From assembly GCF_006345805.1 (NCBI RefSeq), contig NW_021823689.1, positions 1 to 23,804 of the forward strand: DNA of 23,804 bases, in the 5' to 3' direction. Under the pieces are notes generated by a model. The model was given only the letters and a program-made list of their open reading frames with translations. It made no database searches and had not been told where the DNA came from. Numbering within the stretch: position 1 is the stretch's first letter; each line of letters starts with the position of its first letter. Source of the stretch: Octopus sinensis (lineage: Eukaryota). A program made the translations under genes and the position numbers. Positions 19,254 to 23,804 of this stretch are shown here, piece after piece.

Positions 19254-20052
19254 GACGCAGGCGTGGCTGTGTGCTAGAGCTGGCAGAAACGTTAGCACGC
19301 CGGGTGAAACGCTTAACCGTATTTCGTCTGCCGTTACGTTCTGAGTTCAAATTCCGCCGAGGTCGACTTTGCCTTTCATCCTTTCGGGGTCGAAAAATTA
19401 AGTACCAGTTACGCACTGGGGTCGATGCAATCGACTTAATCCGTTTGTCTGTCCTTGTTTGTCCCCTCTGTGTTTAGCCCTTGTGGGTAGTAAAGAAATA
19501 AGTATTTTGTCTGCTGTTACGTTCTGAGTTCAAATTCCACCGAGGTTCACTTTGCCTTTCATCTTTTCGGGATCGATAAATTAAGTACCAGTTATGTACT
19601 GGGTCGATATAATCGATTTAATCCGTTTGTCCTCTCTGTGTTTAGCCCCTTGTGGGTGGTAAAAAAAAAACTTGCTTCCCAACCATATGCTTCCGGGTTC
19701 AGCCTCACAACATGGCACCTTGGGCGTGTTCTACTATAGCCTCGGGCTGACCCAAGCCTTGTGAGACGGTAAATGAAAGAAGTCCGTCGTGTATATGTGT
19801 TTGTGTGTGTGTGTTTGTGTGTGAGTGTGTGTGAGTATTTATGTGTGTCTCTTTGTGTTTCTCCATCATCGCTTGGCAAACGATGTTGGTGTGTTTACGT
19901 CCACGTAACTTAGCGAGTCGGCAAAAGAATAAGTACTAGGTTTACAAATAAGTTGTGGGTCGATTTTTTCGATTAAAAAAAAAACCCTTTAAGGTGGTGC
20001 TCCAGCATGGCAGCAGCCAAATGACTGAAACAAGTAAAAGAATAAAAGAATA
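19254..20052 (+). mobile_element. tRNA-SINE group C (internal (GT)n, AAAAGAAT tail) interrupted by a group A dimer
   Basis: GGCGTGGCTGTGTG (19260-19273) resumes at ~19659 GTAA..CTTGCTTCCCAACC and matches the uninterrupted copy at 23201-23606. Confidence 0.75.
19274..19659 (+). mobile_element. tRNA-SINE group A dimer (nested)
   Basis: Head GAGCTGGCAGAAACGTTAGCACGCCGGG; units joined at AAAGAAATAAGTATTTTGTC (~19492-19511). Confidence 0.9.
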
Positions 20053-20240
20053 TATATAAATATATATACATACACACACATACATCTACACACACATACA
20101 TATATTACATACACACACACACACACACATATATATATTTATGTATAAGGCACCAAAAGAGAATGACTCTCCACAGACACAACAGTATACATACATACAT
20201 ATATACATATATAAAAAACATACATTACATTCAACACGTA

Positions 20241-20285
<45 letters not shown>

Positions 20286-20424
20286 TTATATATACAAAAT
20301 ACACACACACACACACACACACACACAATATTATATAAAACACACACACAATATGTATGTACGTGTGTGTGTATGTATATGTCATGTGCATGTGTATATA
20401 ATGTGTGTGTAACGCCATGATAGA

Positions 20425-20610
20425 TCGTTAGCTCCTACACGCATTTTTTTCTCTCCTTGTTTTTTTTCTGTGTATCTTTCTGTTGAAGAGCGTAGGCTCG
20501 AAATGTAAAAGAATTTTTCTATTTCTATTCCTGAGCGCCATACTAATACATTTGTTTGTTTGTACTCCACCTGCCTTCGTCTTTTGTTTTTTTTTTCATA
20601 AACCTTCCCG
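20425..20610 (+). mobile_element. Second copy of the 3590-3765 repeat, with hammerhead-like motif at 20475-20512
   Basis: TCTTT-CTGTTGA-A-GAGC-GTAG-GCTC-GAAA-TG-TA-AAAGA; ends in (TA)n. Confidence 0.7.
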
Positions 20611-20807
20611 TTATATATATATATGGTCAATTGAAAGAAATAATCGCTTCATATATGTATATACAAAACCATCTAAGCCATCGTTGGACGAAACTTTGAT
20701 GTCATTGCCAACGACATTCGTGTAAAAGAATAATAAATTTGTCCTCCACAAAATTATACAGCAAACCATCAAATTAGTGCAAAGTTGTTTTTTATTATAA
20801 ATGAACA

Positions 20808-21022
20808 AGCGGCGAGCTGGCAGAGACGTTAGCACGCCAAGCGAAATGCTTGCGGGTATTTCGTCCGTCTTCACGTACTGAGTTCATATTCTACCGAGGT
20901 CGACATTGCCTTTCATCCTTTCGGAGTCGATAAAAATAAGTACCAGCTGTGTACTGAGGTCAATGTAATCGACTTACCTCTTCCACAAATTTCTGGCCTT
21001 GTGCCTATAATAGAAAGGATTA
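20808..21022 (+). mobile_element. tRNA-SINE group A monomer (alternative tail)
   Basis: Head and central domain as in group A; tail AAATTTCTGGCCTTGTGCCTATAATAGAAAGGATT. Confidence 0.85.
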
Positions 21023-21074
21023 TAAATGAACATAAAAACAGACATTGATACATATTTATATATATAGTTAATCC

Positions 21075-21275
21075 AAACATGAAAACACAAAGAGAAAACA
21101 CAACAACGCGAGGACGTGGAACAAGTGTAGTATTATTGGACGCTCAGGAAAGAAGGAAAGGAGGGTTTAACGTTTCGAGCGGAGCTCTTCGTCGGAAACA
21201 TAGGAAAAGGAAAGATCCAAGGAAGGGAAGACGGAGGGAAAAAATCGCCAACGGTACACTCGCGGTCACATTTTG
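21075..21275 (-). mobile_element. Short repeat with hammerhead-like motif at 21165-21199
   Basis: Minus strand reads GTTT-CCGACGA-A-GAGC-TCC-GCTC-GAAA-CG-TT-AAAC, followed by TTCCTGAGCGT as in the 3590 and 20425 copies; (TA)n on the flanks. Confidence 0.65.
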
Positions 21276-21473
21276 AATGTGTATATATATGTATGTGTGT
21301 GTGTGTGTGTGTGTGTGTATGTCTGGCAATAGTTAGACACATTAGATATATATAAAATATATCTAATGTGTCTTTTTCCTCTCTATCTATCTGTATAGAT
21401 GTCTGTCTCTCTCTATACACGCACACCCATTATTTCATATATACGTGTGTGCGTGTTTATTTGTTTGTTTGTT

Positions 21474-21513
<40 letters not shown>

Positions 21514-21544
21514 TGTGTGTGTAAGTGTGTATATACATGTGTGT

Positions 21545-21750
21545 GCATTCATCTCCCACCCACCACCGCTTGACAACCGATACTGGTTTGTTTACATCAC
21601 CGTAACTTGCAGTTCTGCAAAAATGACCGATTGAACATGTGCCACACTTAAAAAACTAAGGACTGGAGTGAATTTGTTCGACCAAAAACTCCCTTCAATG
21701 AGGTGCTCCAGTATGGCTGCATTCTAATGACTGAAGCAAATAAAAAAATA
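21545..21750 (+). mobile_element. 3' fragment of a group C SINE
   Basis: CGCTTGACAACCGAT..TTTACATC..GTAACTT...GTGCTCCAGTATGGC..AATGACTGAA matches 19870-20040. An inverted tail piece is also at ~19181-19242. Confidence 0.7.
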
Positions 21751-21874
21751 AACGTCCAAGGCACACAGAACATTGGTTGGTATTGCAATTAATGCGCGTA
21801 ATTAAAAAAAGAATTCTACCTAGTGTTCCTAACCCTAGTGTTAGTTAGGAACACTAAGATAGAATTGTCTTCTT

Positions 21875-22056
21875 GGCGATCCTTCGGTATAGGTACCGTA
21901 AGTACCGTAAGTGGCTTTGTTTACATTTCTGAAGATAACAGAAACCCTTAACCCTAATACAAACCCTATCCCTAACCCTAACTCCCCCCATATATAGAAA
22001 AAAACACTTTCTTGAAATGTGCCCTGTACTTCAAGTACCTATACCGACGTTACACC
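21875..22056. mobile_element. MITE with GG...CC ends, perfect 8-bp TSD and internal CCCTAA repeats, Merlin-like
   Basis: TSD GTCTTCTT at 21867-21874 and 22057-22064. The TIR core TCGGTATAGGTAC / GTACCTATACCGA is perfect; the outer bases are degenerate. (CCCTAA)-like run at ~21943-21982. Confidence 0.8.
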
Positions 22057-22094
22057 GTCTTCTTTAGGATGGTACAGTAATTATAGATAACCAT

Positions 22095-22215
22095 TATGGA
22101 TGAAAAGCAAAGCTGGCATAAGTAGGATTTGAACTGACAACGGAGTGACTCGGAACAAATAACAGAGAAGGTATATTTTGTTCGCCGTTCTAACGATTCT
22201 GCCAATCGGCCGCCA
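22095..22215 (-). mobile_element. Old degenerate group A-related SINE fragment
   Basis: GGCGGCCGATTGGCAGAATCGTTAGAACG head, GTTCAAATCC B box and CTTTGCTTTTCATCC. Similar relics lie at ~6555-6665 (-) and ~12858-12978 (+). Confidence 0.55.
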
Positions 22216-22769
22216 GTAGGAAGTCCTTCAATGCAGTAGAGCTTCTGCTAATGGGCGGAGTGCAAAACGTAGGCAGGAAAGAAGGGTTATTGATAAATTA
22301 TAAAAGCGAAAAACACACAAAGACAGCTAAATGAAATGGGTGTGGCTGATGGTTTTGGGCAAATCCATTTTCTACTGAACGGGTTGGGAAGGATAGTTGA
22401 CGAAGGAGTAGAGACAGGGGGTTATGGGGACTTGGTCGGTCGGAAGGTATGCAAGGCAGCAGCGAAGCCAGGCAGACAGTAGTAGTCGGCTTAACGTTTC
22501 CAACGTGAATAAATTGCGAAGTAAAACCGTCTGAATATCGCTGCTACTACTACTACTACTACCACTGTATCTGCTGCCACTAACGATATTCCTACGACTA
22601 CTGCTACTATTACTATTGTTACCAATATTAATATTATTACTACTACTACTACTACAAATATACTATTGCTGCTGCATCGTATTCGTTCGTCTTTATCAGA
22701 TACGAAGATGAAAAAGTGTTAATGCAGGTGTGGTGTGTGTGGAATGCTTAGAGATTTGAATACTGCATT

Positions 22770-22788
22770 TGCGTGTGTGTGTCAGTGC

Positions 22789-22837
<49 letters not shown>

Positions 22838-23091
22838 TGTGTATGTGTGTGTGTGTGTGTAATCGTATATCCCTACAAATGTATATATTCAACCTTATAT
22901 ACGTATATATATATACAGATGGGTATATACACAGATTCGTGTGTGTATGTGCATATCTATCTGTCTGTCTGTCTATGTATGTATGTATGTATGTATGTAT
23001 GTATGTATGTATCTATCTATCTATCTGTCTATCTACAGACACACACATATATGCACATGCACACATACATATACACATATATATGTATGTA

Positions 23092-23135
<44 letters not shown>

Positions 23136-23200
23136 AACATGTATTAAAGATATATATATTTTTATATACATGTATACATTATATATATACACATACATAT
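22770..23200. repeat. Compound (GT)n/(TATG)n/(TA)n microsatellite block
   Basis: Direct inspection. Similar blocks at 20050-20410 and 23610-23804; (TAC)n at 22543-22675. Confidence 0.95.
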
Positions 23201-23606
23201 AGGCGAGGCTGTGTGGTAAGAAGCTTGCTGCCCAACAACGTAGTTTCGGGTTCAGTCGCACGATGTGGCACCTTCGGCAAGTGTCTTCTACTATACCCTC
23301 GGGCCGACCAAAGACTTGCGAATGGATTTGGTACACGGAAACTGAAAGAAGCTTGTCACACACACAGAAATATATATGTAAGTATGTATGGATGTATTTG
23401 TATGTCTGTGTTTGTCTCCGCACCATCGCCTGATGTTGGTGTGTTTACGTCGCGTAACTTAGCAGTTCGGCAAAATTACTGAAAAGACAAAGAACTAGGC
23501 TCACAAACAATAAGTCCTAGGTTCGATCTCTTCGATTAAAGGTGGTGCTCGAGCATGGAAGCCGTCAAATGACCGAAACAATTAACAAATAAAAGAATAA
23601 AAGAAA
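23201..23606 (+). mobile_element. tRNA-SINE group C
   Basis: AGGCGAGGCTGTGTGGTAAGAAGCTTGC..GGGTTCAGTC..GGCACCTTCGGCAAGTGTCTTCTACTATA (CORE-like), ending AAATGACCGAAAC..AAAAGAATAAAAGAA. Confidence 0.8.
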
Positions 23607-23694
23607 TACATTATATATATATATACACGCACGTTTAAGCATGTATATTTATATATATATGTTTGTATATACATACCTATATGTATATACATAT

Positions 23695-23727
<33 letters not shown>

Positions 23728-23804
23728 CATATATATACGTATGTATACACATATTTGTAAAAAATATTCATAAATTTGTATATACACATACATTCGTATA
23801 CATG

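Noticed and set aside
5527-19416. Recurrent peptide NWYLxxRPRKDERQSRxRRNLNSER in several ORFs
   Set aside because: It is the antisense reading of the group A SINE, not a gene family.

Overview
AT-rich, microsatellite-dense animal DNA, most likely intergenic or intronic. The tRNA-SINE families and (TA/CA/TATC)n load resemble an octopus or other coleoid cephalopod genome (inference). No credible host gene is present; nearly all listed ORFs are simple-repeat or SINE read-throughs. Recognisable elements are a defective Hsmar1-like DD34D mariner (7089-8288, TIRs and TA TSD), a 5'-truncated CR1/L2-type LINE nested in a SINE (8999-10324), an RTE RT relic, a non-autonomous Helitron, two GG...CC MITEs with 8-bp TSDs and internal TTAGGG repeats, and three tRNA-SINE groups. 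Two patterns stand out. (1) About 8 minimal type-I hammerhead-like motifs from several families are tied to Penelope-like (GIY-YIG, probably Naiad-type) relics, (TA)n tracts and fold-back inverted repeats. (2) One SINE recurs as head+(183-bp unit)n concatemers with the same junction at four loci; one trimer is bounded by a 15-bp TSD. All calls were made by eye, without database searches.
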